DNA of 64,000 bases from Azolla caroliniana (GCA_043228905.1 JBHGNT010000011.1:14508001-14572000); one strand, 5' to 3'. Shown: positions 12,665 through 27,529, counted from the stretch's first letter. Notes: generated from the sequence alone by a model not told the origin. Made by a program: numbers and translations.

Positions 12665-14984
12665 GGTACATCTATTGTATTGTCTATGTCTCCATGCAAG
12701 TGTTTTGATGAACTTGCAAATGGTTCAAAAAATTTGACTAACCAATCCCTCTATTGATAAATCAAGCACATTGGAGATGACATTGGAGATGGGGGGGTCT
12801 TGACTCTGCAAACACTTGTTTGCATGACGAATACTTTCAATGTGTTTGCATTCTGGAGAATAATTATGATTAATGTAAGTATGAATAGTGACAATGTATT
12901 GGCATGTGGAAATAAAAGAAGCTAGGGATGTGTTGTGACATTATCATGCAATCATTGTTGTGACATTATCATACATCGTTGCTAGTAAATGGATGGTAGC
13001 ATTCAATAGGAACACCATTAGACAAGTTGTTTTTTCCATTAAAGAGGGAGTAGGGTGGTTAGTAACAACAAATTTGATGTAAAACAAAAACTATTGCTAA
13101 TCCAATTTCAAACAAGAATGGTTGTTTGTTATATCACATAGAATGCATGAATATGGGCGGTCCCATATATGACATGGAATCATGCAATCTACCATAGATC
13201 TTTGCCAATGTTTCTAGGTAACTAGATCCTTTGGGTGTGAGTCATGATCAATACCATCTTGAAAAATAAAAAAAAGAGCATCTTGTTAAACTAAGGACAT
13301 TGTTGTTGGTTTGGAGAATTCAATTTTATATGAGATTACATTCCAATGAGCCATTGTTAATAAACAATTATTATTGCTTACAAAGCATTCAACTTTCCAA
13401 CATCACGGTTCAAGGCCAAAGTGTATTTTGCATATGTATCGCCAGAGTTTGAATTTAATCTCTGCATGCGTGGGTATACACATGAACGAAATAATTTTTC
13501 ACGCGATTCTAGACCTCTTATCTAAAAATATTCACATTTGATAATGGAGTCCCTTTCATAATAATATGAATATTGGATGTATTTTTTTGGTGTCTTTTCC
13601 ATTTCACATCCCAAGAGGGGAGAAGAGAAAGAGATCAAAACTCTTAGTTTGAATAAATTTGTAAGGAATACTTTTCTAAATCACATGTACGGCGTGTCTT
13701 ATTCAAAAACTCGATATTGTTGTTAATATTACACAAAGACATTGCCATATTTTCTTTTCAAGCAATTTCACATTACACATGATGATTCACAAAACAACAA
13801 TCTAGTAAATATTGCACACAGTTTTTGGCATTCCCTCCTAGATCATAACAGTATGGGCTCACGATGTAAACAAGCAAAAATGGGTGCTCATAAGATTGTC
13901 CTTGAGTCATGACTTGTCATTGTGCATATTTACACATTTAAAGCAAACTATTTGTGGGACAATGAACATATTGATACAAGAGTGAATTTGTGATCCCTAC
14001 ATAGTTCTATTTTTACCAATACTATTTGATCAAATAGTTTAATTTCATTAGTATGAAGTATAGATAATGCAATATCTACGTATACAAAAGTTGGGATTCA
14101 TCCCATATAAACATACTATAGTATTATTTACTTAGAAAACATATCTTGTTTCAAACACCTAAATGTCTTAGTGTTTCAATGTGGCTTATGAGAAAGGGTT
14201 TTAACATTCACTATGCGTTTTATGTCTATGCATAACCTACGAAGAGATTTTAGGTTCAATGTCTTTTATGCCCACGAAAAGCCTAATTGTCCCAGACAGC
14301 TTCTTGTTGACATCACCCTTGTTCTTATTTTACAAGCCCACATTGGCTATAAATAAACTTGGAGATATGTCCAACTCTTCGGAAACTTTTCTAGAATCCC
14401 TTTATGATTCTAAATGCAATTCGAATAACTCATTGTAGTGACGAATGCAACCAATAGCGACACATTCCCATATGAAATGATATCATACTCTAATGTGCTT
14501 GGTTGTCTCATGATAGAGTATATTCTTAGCCAAGGCAATGCCACTTTAACCTTGTACTATTTTGGTATTATGGTAAAAACCCAACAACTTAGAAGCCCTA
14601 TTAACTTTTTATGAGTGTGTGTACTATGAACATGTGTGTTTTGTGTATAATGTTTGAGAGAATGATGTGGGTTGAATATTTGAGCTTGTAAAGGCAACCC
14701 CATGTTGAGTTATGATGATAAGATTAGTAAAACGACACTATAGTCATAAAACTTTCAACTATAGACCAGAATTGAATGAGGGAGAGAGGGCGATTATCAT
14801 GATTCATGCCACAAAAAAAGGAAGAAAATAAAAGAGATGAAACAAAGAAAGATTATTGTTTTGGTTAAGGAACAAATATGTATACACTCTTGCTTCAACC
14901 TTTATTTTTAAATGGAGAGAGAGAGAGAGAGAGTAGATTTATGGTTAATGCTTCCTTAGAGACATATATATGATGATAATTGTG

Positions 14985-15260
14985 GCTTGACCGGTTTGGC
15001 CTTGTGCAAACCAAATAGGTTAAGCCTTAACAGATTTGAGAGTTTTCAAACTTGAACCAAACCAATTAAGCCTAAATCGGGTTAGGAACCTGTTAGCCCA
15101 AAACCAGTTTGGCAATGCTCAAGCCAAACTAAACAGAGCTCGAACTAGTTAAGGAAGCACAAGCATGAACCGAGCCAAACCAAACCGCCAAGCTGCCAAA
15201 TAAATTTTAAATGATTTAATAGGTTGATTTAGGCTCGAGCCAAACCGTTGCCGACTCCTA
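14985..15260. mobile_element. Partial hAT-like MITE rich in AACCG/CGGTT subterminal motifs
   Basis: Right end AAACCGTTGCCGACTCCTA resembles the right end of the MITE at 38307-38836. The left TIR and TSD are not clear. Confidence 0.5.
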
Positions 15261-15638
15261 GTTGGAGAGGGTGTTCCTAACATATCATGGAGCATTAAGA
15301 CAAGACCATGTTGTAAAAGGTGAGGATCATCTCATTGAGCGCTAAGGCTAACATGGGTTTTGCAAAGGGCATTCCAAACATATCGTGAAGCATACGGGAC
15401 AAATAAAGTCTAGTTCCTTCACGCACCCAACATATGCATACTGTGGAATATACCTAGGGAATCTCGCGTACGAGGGTGACAAGAATCAAGAAGATCTCAT
15501 CGAGAACCCTACTTTCGAAAGTGGTGGTTGTGCAAGATATTTGTAAAATATGGCATGGACGATCGAAGAAGCGAGAGAAGTCGAAAGTTTGCTCGGAACT
15601 TGATACGATGATGACGGGATGCCCTCTCGAAAATACCC

Positions 15639-16178
15639 ACACATACATACATTCACATAAATACATACAATACATTCACATAAATACATACATACATACA
15701 TACACACAATCACATACATACATACATACATACATACATACATACATACAATCACATACATACATACATACATACATACAATCACATACAATCACATACA
15801 ATCACATACAATCACATACAATCACCTACATACATACATACATACATACATACATACATACAATCACATACAATCACATACAATCACCTACATACATACA
15901 TACATACATATATATATACATATATACATACATACATACATACATACATACATACATACAATCATATACATACATACATACATACATACAATCACATACA
16001 TACATACATACATACAATCACATACATACATATATACATACATACATACATACATACATACATACATACATACATACATACATACATACATACATACATA
16101 CATACATACATACATACATACATACATACATACATACATACATACATACAATCATATACATACATACATACATACATA
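15639..16178. repeat. Compound (CATA)n microsatellite with interspersed CAATCACATA 10-mers
   Basis: Direct reading, ~540 bp. It is the source of the spurious HTYI/MYVC ORFs. Confidence 0.97.
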
Positions 16179-16200
16179 TTGCTACTAAGAAAGGGATAAT

Positions 16201-16213
<13 letters not shown>

Positions 16214-16254
<41 letters not shown>

Positions 16255-16324
16255 TATTACTACTTTAATAGTAAAAGTGTATAAAGAGAGAGAGACAAAA
16301 GAGGGGGAGTGTCCATCACTTGTT

Positions 16325-16367
<43 letters not shown>

Positions 16368-16530
16368 GTGGGAGGGAGGGAAGGAGGGAGAAGGAGTGAT
16401 GCAGAAACAGAGGGGGGGAAGAAGATGAGCTATGGAGTCCAGAGCAGAGGAAACAACGCAAAATAGGCAGTTAATTTATTACAGCTCTAGGATCTTCTTC
16501 TTCGCACTTTCTTCTATCTTCTTCTGCATA

Positions 16531-16598
<68 letters not shown>
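16214..16598. repeat. Three (GA)n tracts in the promoter/5' leader of the LRR-RLK
   Basis: GA runs at ~16214-16250, 16328-16361 and 16534-16598. GA repeats are known BBR/BPC binding sites. Confidence 0.9.
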
Positions 16599-16602
<4 letters not shown>

Positions 16603-16695
16603 GTAGGTTGAGCCAAGTTGAGTTCTAAGCTCTGAATCTCCATCTCCATCTCTCCTTCCCACCCTTTCTTTTTCAGTGGCTCTTTCTTCACTTCC

Positions 16696-19317
16696 ATGAC
16701 GTGGCCACCATGGCGGCGCGGAGTGAACCACAAGGCATGGCCACTAGTCATGCCATTCTTCCTACTGTCCATGATGTGGCAGACATTGGCAGGGGGCTCG
16801 GCCGATCTCGCATCGGACGCTCGGGCCCTACAATCATTCTTGTCCAATCTGAAGCCGTCCAACCGAGTCTCATGGCCCTCTATATCCACCACAAACACCA
16901 CCGACCCATCGGCTAACCCTTGCACATGGCAAGGCGTGAAATGCACCCCGGGCGACAACCCCCGTGTCCGGACATTGCGCCTCCCGGGCCTCGGCCTCTC
17001 GGGCTCCATATTGCCGGGCACCCTCGGCCTCTTGTCCGAGCTCCAAGTGCTCAGCCTCCGTTCCAACAAACTCACCGGCCAATTCCCATCCGACATCTCC
17101 GACTCCATCAAGCTCCGAGCCGTTTACTTGCAAAAGAACGGCTTCTCCGGAGAATTGCCGCCTCTCTCGGGCAGCTCGGCCCGGATACTCCACCTCGATC
17201 TCTCCTTCAACAACTTCTCGTCTCTGATCCCGGAGAATTATACTCGGTTTGGCCGCCTCACTACCCTCTTCTTGCAAAACAACTCGCTCTCGGGCACATT
17301 CCCGACCGCATTCTCCGAATTGGCCACCACTTTAGTTCGCTTCAATGTCTCCTACAACGAGGGCCTCGAGGGATCCGTCCCGGAGGCATTGCAAGAGAAG
17401 TTCGGGGCCTCGGCATTCTCCGGGACCCGAGTATGTGGGCCACCTCTATTTCCGCAATGTCCGGCCACTGCCCTGGCCCCGGCCCTGGCGCCTGGCGCTG
17501 GTGCACCGGTCCCGAAGAAGAAGAAACCCCGAAGGCTTTCGGAAGGCTACATAATCGCCATTGCGGTTGTCGGCGGGGTGATCGCCATTGCAGCTCTTGT
17601 GGCTTGCCTCCTTGTGCTTCTCGCCTGCTTCCGGAGGTCGAAGGCTCAGAGCACGGGAAAACTTGGCGGACAAAAGGGCGGACAAAACACCGAGGTACCG
17701 AAAGGAGGTGAGGGAGGGAATGGGAACGGGAATGGGGACTCCGCAAAGGATGACTTCAGTTCGGCCGCCCCCGAGATGGATCAAGCCAACAAGCTGGTCT
17801 TCTTTGACGACAACCGATACACGTTCGACTTGGAAGATCTCCTCCGAGCCTCGGCCGAGGTCCTCGGCAAGGGTAGCGTGGGGACGGCCTACAAAGCAGT
17901 CCTCGAAGATGGCGCGACCGTGGTCGTGAAAAGGCTCAAGGACGTGTCGCTACCTCGGAAGGATTTCCAACAACATATGGATGTCCTAGGGGCTTTCCGG
18001 CACCGGCATTTGCTCCCCTTACGGGCATTCTACTACTCGAAAGACGAGAAGCTCCTCCTCTTTGACTACATGCCCCTTGGAAGCCTCTCTACCGCCCTCC
18101 ATGGTATGTCTACATTGATTGTTTTTGTCACTTGTTAAGTAGAACTACCCTACCGATGTGACCAAAGCTTACTGGTAAACTAATGATCGGTTCATGTCGA
18201 GACAATGTGTCTTGTCATGACCCCCTTATTATATGGATTAGGTTTGTTCACAACCCCAACCCCAACCCCAACTCCATCCCCCACTCCCCCAAAGTCAATG
18301 CCATGTGGGGAGGTTGGATCTTTCAATGGGACTACTCAACAACAAATATGGTCATATGAGATAACAGATCAACAAGAAAGAGTAGTTGTATAGCAATGAA
18401 TGTTGCAATAGCACAATAGTGACACATTCATTCCTTGGGTCTAGGGCCACACCATATAGCCTCCATACTACGACTAGGTCGTAGCCGTCTCGGGTGCATT
18501 TGGTGAAATGTTGTCTAATAACTCATGCGCCTAATTTTAATAGACTAGTTTTAGTTTTAGGCTTAGTAAAATACTACTAACAAGTTTGCATGCTCTTCGA
18601 AATTAACGAAACCAATATGTTGTGTGTTTTTTAGGGAACAAAGGTGCGAACCGATCCTTACTGGATTGGGATGCCCGAGTTAAAATAGCAGCGGGGGTTG
18701 CGAAGGGAATTGCGTTCTTGCACGAGAAGGGTGGGAGCAAGTTCACACATGGGAACATCAAATCGTCGAACGTGCTCTTATCGAACGGCCACAACGCGAC
18801 GGCTACTTCGGATTACAGCCTTGCCCCGATCTTCGGCTCTAGCCCAACTGCGTCTAGGATTGTCGGGTACCGTGCCCCCGAGGTCCTCCAAATGCGGAAG
18901 ATCACGCAAAAGTCAGATGTGTATAGCTATGGGGTATTGCTCTTAGAGCTCCTCACTGGCAAGTCACCTACAAACACTGCGACCGGAGAAGGCATGGACT
19001 TACCGACTTGGGTCCAGTCAGTGGTTCGGGAGGAGTGGACCTCAGAAGTGTTCGATGTGGAGCTCATGCGGTACGAAAACATCGAGGAAGAGTTGGTTGA
19101 GATCTTGCAGATCGCGATGGCTTGTGTCGCTGCATCGCCAGATCAACGGCCCACGATGGCCCAAGTCGTGAAGATGATCGAGGAGGTCAAGCCATTTGAG
19201 ATGTCCGATGATGATGTGACCCGAAAGTCGTCATCAGACAAGTCCAAAGATTCAAATGGGACTCCCCCTAGGGTGACCCCAATGGAGTCTTTGACTACTC
19301 CACCCGGGTCCCATTGA
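16696..19317 (+). CDS. LRR receptor-like kinase, subfamily LRR-III (RLK902/RKL1-like atypical kinase), ~696 aa
   Basis: Exons 16696-18103 and 18635-19317, GT-AG intron at the family-typical LHG|N position. Signal peptide, CxWxGVxC cap, ~5 LRRs, TM helix, [54 protein letters not shown]. Confidence 0.96.
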
Positions 19318-20073
19318 CATGACCTCACATAGCCTCTCTTGAACGTAGATTCCAAAACATCCTCCTTGACTCTAGATTCTAATTTATGATTCCTTGACTA
19401 GGTCTAGATTCTAATGTTCATCTCAAAACCCTTTGTTTTTCTTCTTTTTTGTTGAGAAATTGTCTCCTAAGAATTGGGCTATAAAAATGAAGGGGGAAAA
19501 AAATTCACTTGTTTTTAAAATATTCAATTGAAAAACAAAGAGCTCTCAACTTTTTCTTTATTGAGGAAGCCCGATATCATTTGATCATTTTTGAGCAAAC
19601 AGGTTTTATTTTGCCAAATTGACCAACTATTCAAAATCTTAGCAACTAATTGGGAATGTAAAAATCTGTCATTAATTAGGCAACATTAAAGGGGGCCCAA
19701 TCAATAAATAAATGCTTCATTTATTGCAAATCAAGGGAGAGATTTGGGATGTGATCCAAGTCAATGGAGTCCATACATTCTAGTAATTACAACACATAAA
19801 TGAGAAACCATTAATACCTAAGCTCTTGTTCCCAACATTTTATGGTCCATTAATTTGAAGCTAGGGTTTGTGCACACAAGCACATGTACCTACACATCTC
19901 TCTACAAAACAAATAAAGTGAGCTTCAATTGTAGTTGTCTACAGAAGATGATGCCGATGTGTCAACTCTTGCAATCTAAAACCCATGGGTGGTGCTTGCA
20001 CTCTTTAAAGGATTATTAAGTGAAGGCCATAAGTTCACGTGTTCTCTCCTTTGCTCTTCAAAGAGGTGGTGGG

Positions 20074-20142
20074 GAGATAGATAGATTCTATTGCCGTTTT
20101 CCGAGGTCAAATATGACCTATGAGACCAAAAATATTACATTT
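20074..20142 (-). mobile_element. Extreme 5'-truncated copy (3' end only) of the RTEX-like LINE at 40541-44333
   Basis: GAGGTCAAATATGACCTATGAGACCAAAAATATTACATTT is identical to ~40567-40606 and is preceded by the same GATA-repeat tail. Confidence 0.85.
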
Positions 20143-22907
20143 GAAGTAATCCATGTGAAAGAGACATAGAGAGAGAGAGAGATCACTAGTTTGATATACA
20201 TCAATGTTCTGTATTTTAAGAGAAGTGAATGGAAGTCAACATTTGAGGTCATGTTTTTGTATTGATAATCAAATAGCTTATGTGCAAGGTCAATACCTAC
20301 TTATACCATATCATCATGCATTACACCTACACAAAGTGTTAGTAAGTAGGTGCCATTTGGAACCAAGTCGACTGGACAATGGACATTAAAATTAAACAAT
20401 CTAAAAACTGGTGGGATTGTGTATAGGCAAAGCCTATCGCATAACCTTGAATTTTTCTTTGTTCTCCAAATGAGGGTTAAGTTATTTTTCAATATGGGAG
20501 TGGCTTATATGACCATAGGACTTTTTGAGTCTCATTTTAAGGTTACGGTTTTAGTCAATTAGGAGAGTATTCTTGAGGACATCATACAGATATGATAGGT
20601 ACACATAAAAGCACTAATTTAAAATCCACCATAACCCATAGAAAAAGGGTTATCCATACTTGAGACCTTTTAGGTTTTACACAAGTAGGTCCCATTTGTT
20701 CAAGTATTAATGGTTCAATGTGCTCTTCAAGGGTCATACACCATAGAAAGCTAAGAAAAGCATGACTAGCTTTCTTAGATACATTTATCAAGAGAAAGAT
20801 GTCTCTTTATCATGTAAGTAAAATAGCGAGCCATATATATCTGAAACTAAAGCAAATTTATAAAGAGCCTTGATTAATATGGTTCTCCCCTAGTAAGTGT
20901 ACTCTTAGAGTACTCGTCGATGGAGGTATGGAATTAAATATAGCATAGCATATCAAAAGAACCGAATGAAATACAAATGATCCAAATCTATGGTGAATTT
21001 CAGTTACTTGAATGAATTTATTATCGAAGGTTCTTAAAGATGAAAGATTGGAAAAGCAAATTGAACTTTATGGCACAACAAGAAAAAGAAGTATACCAAT
21101 ATCTCACTAGAATCATTAATTTGATTTGATCTGGAAACTATGTTGTTGGATTGCGAGAAACATTACCTACAATGATGAGGCCATAGCTTATTATATGGAA
21201 GGGTAGTGTCAACAAAAAGAACATTTCAATTTCACCAAAGCACATTCAGCTATAAACTTACTGGAAGAGTAAATTACAAGTAAATTATGTATGGTCCATA
21301 GTCAAAAAATCAAGGAGATTAGTAATAGGTTACCATTTTGTTAACTTCATTGATCAAAGTTTCAATGCCTACACCCTTGGACATATATCATCAACCTATT
21401 CTACAAAGAAGTACTTCATCATTTGATTTATCTTCTCAAATGGAGAGAATACTTTTGGTAACATATGTTAGAAGGCAACGATTTACAAGGAGGAAGGATG
21501 TTACTTACACTAAATAATGTTGTGTAGATAAATGAGAAGTTTTTGGAGTGAGGATTGATATTGTGGCTTGTAGAGCTCAAAGAGTAATGGCTAAGTACAA
21601 AGTACCTATAGGATTGAAGATAGGCACATGGATAAAGTGTGATTTTTGTAGATCATTACAAATGTGGGAGAACTTATACGTGTGAACAAACAAGGTAAGA
21701 TCAACATATATGATAACGGTTATATAAAAGACACATACAACATGTTCCCCCCCCATAAAAAGTGAGGATATAGAGCATTCACTTTAGACACTTGCATGAA
21801 AAATTACCTCGCAACAAACACTGTGCAAATTACCTTAGCAAGATACCCAATCTCCAAAAAACTGACTAGATGATTGGGTGTAGTTGTCAGATTGTAGATC
21901 TAATGGATGATGCATGTCTTTTGATTGAGTCTATTACCTAGTCTCTTGCCTTACCACCTTTATAAAATGTGAGTTCTAAACCAATAATGTAACCTACTAG
22001 GTAGTCACCAAGGAGCGTATTATTTATTTATTTTATTAAAATATCCTAAGATATGTGGGTATGCCTCTTCCCCTATACTACAAGTTAAAAAAACTTTGAT
22101 TAGTTTTATGAGGTTGAAATCACAATTGTGGTATCATAGTTAGGTGGAAAGCAATAATTTCAACAATGTTTTTGTAGTGAATTAATCATTTTTCATTATG
22201 GACCATGGTATATATATGTATTTGTTCCATTCAATAATGTTAGAAGATGGTTTACAACTAGTGATCAACCCCAATACGAAACAATATATAATGATGTGGA
22301 TTGAAACTTGTACAAACCCAAGACAAGGGAATTGTCCCCTAGGGGTGTGAGAGAGGTTTTTTTAATGTCATCATACAAAAAGGTTATGTATGTACCACCA
22401 TCAGTAAAAAAAGAAGAGTGAGTCTGGTTTGCCATAAGAGGTTAGTTGGTGGTGGTCACCTTAGAAGTTCAACACTAATGAGAGAGTGAGAGACAAAAGA
22501 GAGTTCTATGTATTTGCATTCATTCAATACAAGTAAACAAGTCATGACTTCTATATGCGATACATGAATTATTAATTTTGTGAATAGCTAACTCTTACAT
22601 GTATGAAGTTTTGTTAGGGCATTTATATCGCCTTTTTGTAGTTTAGTCTAATGGTGGTAATACTTCAAACCTTTTGAGGATTTATATGGTAGGTGAATTG
22701 TGAATTGATTTGCAGGAATCGTACAAAGGCACTTTTTCATTTATTGTAGTCTTCTATATGTATAAGTGATGAGCTATAGACTTTGCCTCTCTGTTTGCGG
22801 CTAATATCAAAACTTATGTTTGTTAATATTGAGAATATAAATTCCTCCCCTCCTAAAAAACAAAATTTAGGTAGTCTAGTTTAATGATAATCACACCATG
22901 ATTATTT

Positions 22908-22943
<36 letters not shown>

Positions 22944-25049
22944 GGCCTCAAACGTTTCACCCTTCTCTCTTCTAGACTTAATAATTTTCCCAATTCTCTA
23001 AAATAAATAAAAAATCGCTCTTTGTATTTGCCAAAAGTTTCATAGCAAATCATGAGGACTACATGTTGATATTGTGCTGGAAAAACTGCACAAATTATGC
23101 TACATGTCCTATGTAATGGTAAAGACCATACAACTATGCAAATGATTTAGTTGTTACATTGGCTTATTTGAACAAGGGAATAAAATAAGGTAGAAAGCCT
23201 AAAGTGGGAGTCAACTACACAAATTGTAGTCATCCTATCTAATAGTATTGAAGTGTTCCCTTGATCTTGGGAACTAAATATGGTGGTACATTCTAGAAAC
23301 CAAGTGATGAATTGTACCCATATCATTATTTAGTGATTATGTTAACCAATCTATAGTCAACTTCTTGCAACCATTTTGGATGTTAATGTCAATGCATGAG
23401 GGGTTGGCAAGTGGGTTTCTAGCCAAAAAAATTCTTGGAATGACCACTTCGTTACTATCAATGCAATGATGGATCCTCTTATTAGGAAGGGGGAAGCTTT
23501 ATTGCAACCTTTGTGGAATTTTGCCATGATGAATAGGAAGAATTTATGTGAAAGGATGAATAACATAGGCGTATCTATGTCATTTATGTTGGTTTGAATG
23601 AGCCAAACACCCTCTTAATTGTGCTCACATAGAAAGTGGTTTAGGTAATGAATTAGGGTTAACAAACAAATGTCTTGTAGGAAATTAAGAGTGGGTTCTA
23701 AGATTAGTTGTCATTGCAAATGATTGAGTTATATATACATGTGCTCATTTAGAGGACCATATGAGTTAGATGTCTTGTTGTACCATTCCCAATCTTTAAC
23801 ACATTTCAATACTTTAATCAAATCCTTTTCTTCTCCATTTCTTTATTTGTTAGTGAACTAGTTGTGCATTCTCAAACTTTTACGCACCATATTGACTAGT
23901 ATAAGATGCGTAGAGATATTGTGTTAAGGATACAATTAATGATGAACTAATAGACAAGCAAATAAAGAAAAGAAATGGATTAGGAAGAAACTATCACGGA
24001 CACACTGAGTTCGAATCTTGACAGAAACAAAGATTGACCTTAAACACCATTGGTGTCCCATATCACCAAGTTTGTCTAATTAGATTGTACCTTGGATGCA
24101 ATCAATCTAACACTTTGATTGCTAGACCCTCGATGCACCATTGGTGTCTCACAAGTCACAACGTCTCGATAGAGAATATTGTCCCATTCTCTCAATCAAG
24201 TTCGATACACATTATATAATTGCAGACACCACATGTTGCCACATGTTAGGAGTCGGGACCTTGTGTGAATTGTAAAAGACTTCTTTCAACAAAAATTGCA
24301 CATATATGATAAAATTAGAAGTATATTTGTGGACTACATTTGGTATAGATGAGTGCGAGATTCTATCATATGGAAGTTGTGGCACATGCTCTTTACGGAA
24401 TTTAGTTTCTTGATCTTGCAAATGATGCAATTTGACAAGCTGGTACATGACATGTGTGGATTGATTGAAGTGTTTCAGAACTGTGAGTCTCTTATGATGG
24501 GCAAGCAACATTTGAAGTCTTTACCTTACGAGGCCAATAAGTGTCCTCTAGAGTTGATCACATCAAACTAAAAGATGACAACAACAATGATGGGTAAATC
24601 GAGCCACTTCTTCCTAAAATTGCATATGATTTCAATATGATAAATGTGGGTATATTTTTTGAAAGAAATGGTTGAGGCTCTTAGGAGGTTTATAAAATGG
24701 CATTGGATGATGAGAAGCATTTAGACCTTAAAGGTGAAATAACTTTGAATTGATTGAGGAGAATTTCATTGGAATTATAAGTTTAAGGAGTACGGCTCAT
24801 TTAAATTATATGTTACTTGAAGGACATGGTTAGATTTCACTTAAAGTTTGGCTATGAGATAAAGTTGGCTTAGATACTACAATTATAACTAGTCTAGACA
24901 TTTGGATTTCCATAAGGTTTGAAATATTTTTGATAACATATGGGAAAAACCTTTTTTTGGTTGACATACATGTGCTTGGGGTGTTGTTGAGTCATATTTA
25001 AACACCTTTGGCCAAACCTTCACTCTTTTATGTACATATCCAAAAGAGA

Positions 25050-25900
25050 CATTGCATTATCTAGTTTTATAATACTTTTTAAAGTGTTTGTGATAACCAT
25101 TGTTGTATGCGCAAGTTTTTTCTTTATTTTTCACATGCCCACCAATGTACAACCCTTGTATCCACACACAACAACATGCCTTTAAGATTCCACAAAAGTA
25201 TCTTCCTAGTGAATGGCTTCAAACATTAGGGTAGAAATCAAGGGCATCTTAATTTATCATAAGTTGTTGGATGCATGATGTATTATTCAAGTGACATGAT
25301 CACATGAAAAAGTAGAGTCGTTACATGTATTTGCTTGAATATGTGGCATAATGGTATACCTTTTTGCTAATACATTTCATGTTCATATCCTCCTTCATGT
25401 TACAAACTCTATAGAGTATGCATACTTTGGTTTTGGAACTCAAGACAAGCGCCTTCATACTATTTGACCTAACAATTATGTATGTACTTGTAACTCCATC
25501 CCTTTCTAGACAACATCACAAGTGGTCAATAATCAATGCAACACATGGTGACCCTTTTAAAGTGGGTCTCTTAAAGAACCATACCCACCACAATGGTGTT
25601 GTAGCTTGAGCCACAACATTACATTCACTCGCCTTCTATCCATTCAATGTTTTCATTCCCACCTCCCATGCCCTAGTGTTATTCCTTAGTGTCACACATG
25701 CAGACAATTATATATACATTAAACCCGGCAAGTGGTTAAGATTCATCTTATCAACTAAAAACCTTACGTACTTTCTTTTCAGTGCTTTGAATTACAAACC
25801 AGATTCCCTAGAAATATGTTGATTTCAATTTGATGCTAGGGCATCTTACTCATTGTACTTGTGGATTTTTACCATCAAGTTAATCTAGGTACCCTACACT
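25050..25900 (-). mobile_element. Decayed Gypsy-like integrase relic
   Basis: Frameshifted minus-strand fragments resemble the HHCC region and HGxPxxIVSDRD. Boundaries are uncertain. Confidence 0.35.
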
Positions 25901-27529
25901 TTATGCTAAAAAAGTGATATCATACGACGTTACATGTGTATGTATTAAAAACAATAAAAATAAGAAACGAACAAAAGTTGGTTGGAAGTGACATGAGATA
26001 AAGAAGAGTACTAGGGCATCAAACACTTGTTGGGATATTAGACATTTTATCAATGGCCTGCCTAAAGGGGAGCAAAAGAGGGATTTGTAATTAGTTTTTT
26101 GCTACACGTTAGTGTTCCAATATGCATGTTAGGTTTTTTTAACCGATTAATCCTATGTTCGAGAGACCTTTTGAAGCAATAAATAACCTCTTCTGAAACC
26201 TTTTCACACAAGAAAAAATGAAAATCCCAACACCTACCTAATAAGTTCAATGGAATACCCCACGTTATCCTTAAGGTTGTTCTAGGTATTTTGAAAGACC
26301 TTTCAACCTCCAACATCTAGACAGTTTGTTAAGTTGAACGTAAGTTACCAAATATGAATGCTAGCCCTAGGAAATCATCAAGACCTCCCCTCATAAATTA
26401 CATGGTAATATTGGTTCTACCTCATTATATATTATATGTAATATTGGTCCTATGGATAAAACTTGGGCTCTTACATATTGGTCCTATGGGTAACATGCTC
26501 TCTACACCTCATATATTCATGTAATATCAGTTCCACCCCTCATATTTCCAAAAACTTCACTTAATGCCCTTGATCAAAAAGTAGATATGTTCCACATGCT
26601 TAAAATTCCATTTTGAAACATTTGTTATATCACCACATGATCATGCATTAGGAGGATGTAGCAACCACGATTGTAAACTACATTTAGATCAATGTCAATA
26701 ACATTGTCTGGCATTATGATTAGTACTAACAATTAGCATCATGATTAAGGTATTTTGCAATTGTAATTAGCATTAATTTCATATAGCTAGTATTTCAATT
26801 AATGTAGCATTCAGATTGTTATGACAATGCTTGTAGCTCTAATTAACTCATTAATCATAATGGCAATTCCTACATATTAAAACTAATCACTCCTAAATTA
26901 CTTTGTTTTTAGCGGCAACAAATTCGAGAATATTCTTGCAATGGCGAAATGACTTTGCAAAATACTAAAAATGTGTTTCCTTAATACTTTTGAAATACAA
27001 AGGGTAGGCCCAATATTAGCCATAAGACAGAAGCAATAATATCAATATTTCCCAAATGCGCCATTACTATGTTTGTTCATTCCGCTCAAATCTTTTTTGC
27101 TCAACTCCCATGTAATTTGTCTCTCGTCTCTCTTACTACTCTAATCCTTCGTTACATTGTTCCTAACATCCGCCATCATCACAGGTACATAATATTCTTG
27201 ATGATCTTTTCTTTTTTTCCAAAAAACTATTCTTGATGATCTTTGTCATTGAAGAATCTAAAATGCAAACATTGAGACCTTTCGCATTTACATACCTTTA
27301 CTATAAGACTAATAAATAAAAAAGAAAACCATCTTACAATTTGCTTTAGGAATTGCTTTGTGCACAAAAAGTGATAAACTCCCATGTCAAATAATGTGTG
27401 TTGAAAAACACATTTTACGATTGGAGCCCCATCTTCATGAACCTTCAAAAATCATATAGGTACACACACACACACACACATACACATATATATATATATC
27501 GTACAAGCTATAAGAGGGTTTACATGCCC

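Noticed and set aside
15476-16461. 307-aa and overlapping ORFs (HTYI, MYVC, RERE)
   Set aside because: They are translations of (CATA)n and (GA)n microsatellites.
16479-17929. Long antisense and alternative-frame ORFs over kinase exon 1
   Set aside because: Expected stop-codon scarcity in a GC-rich exon; no recognisable domains.
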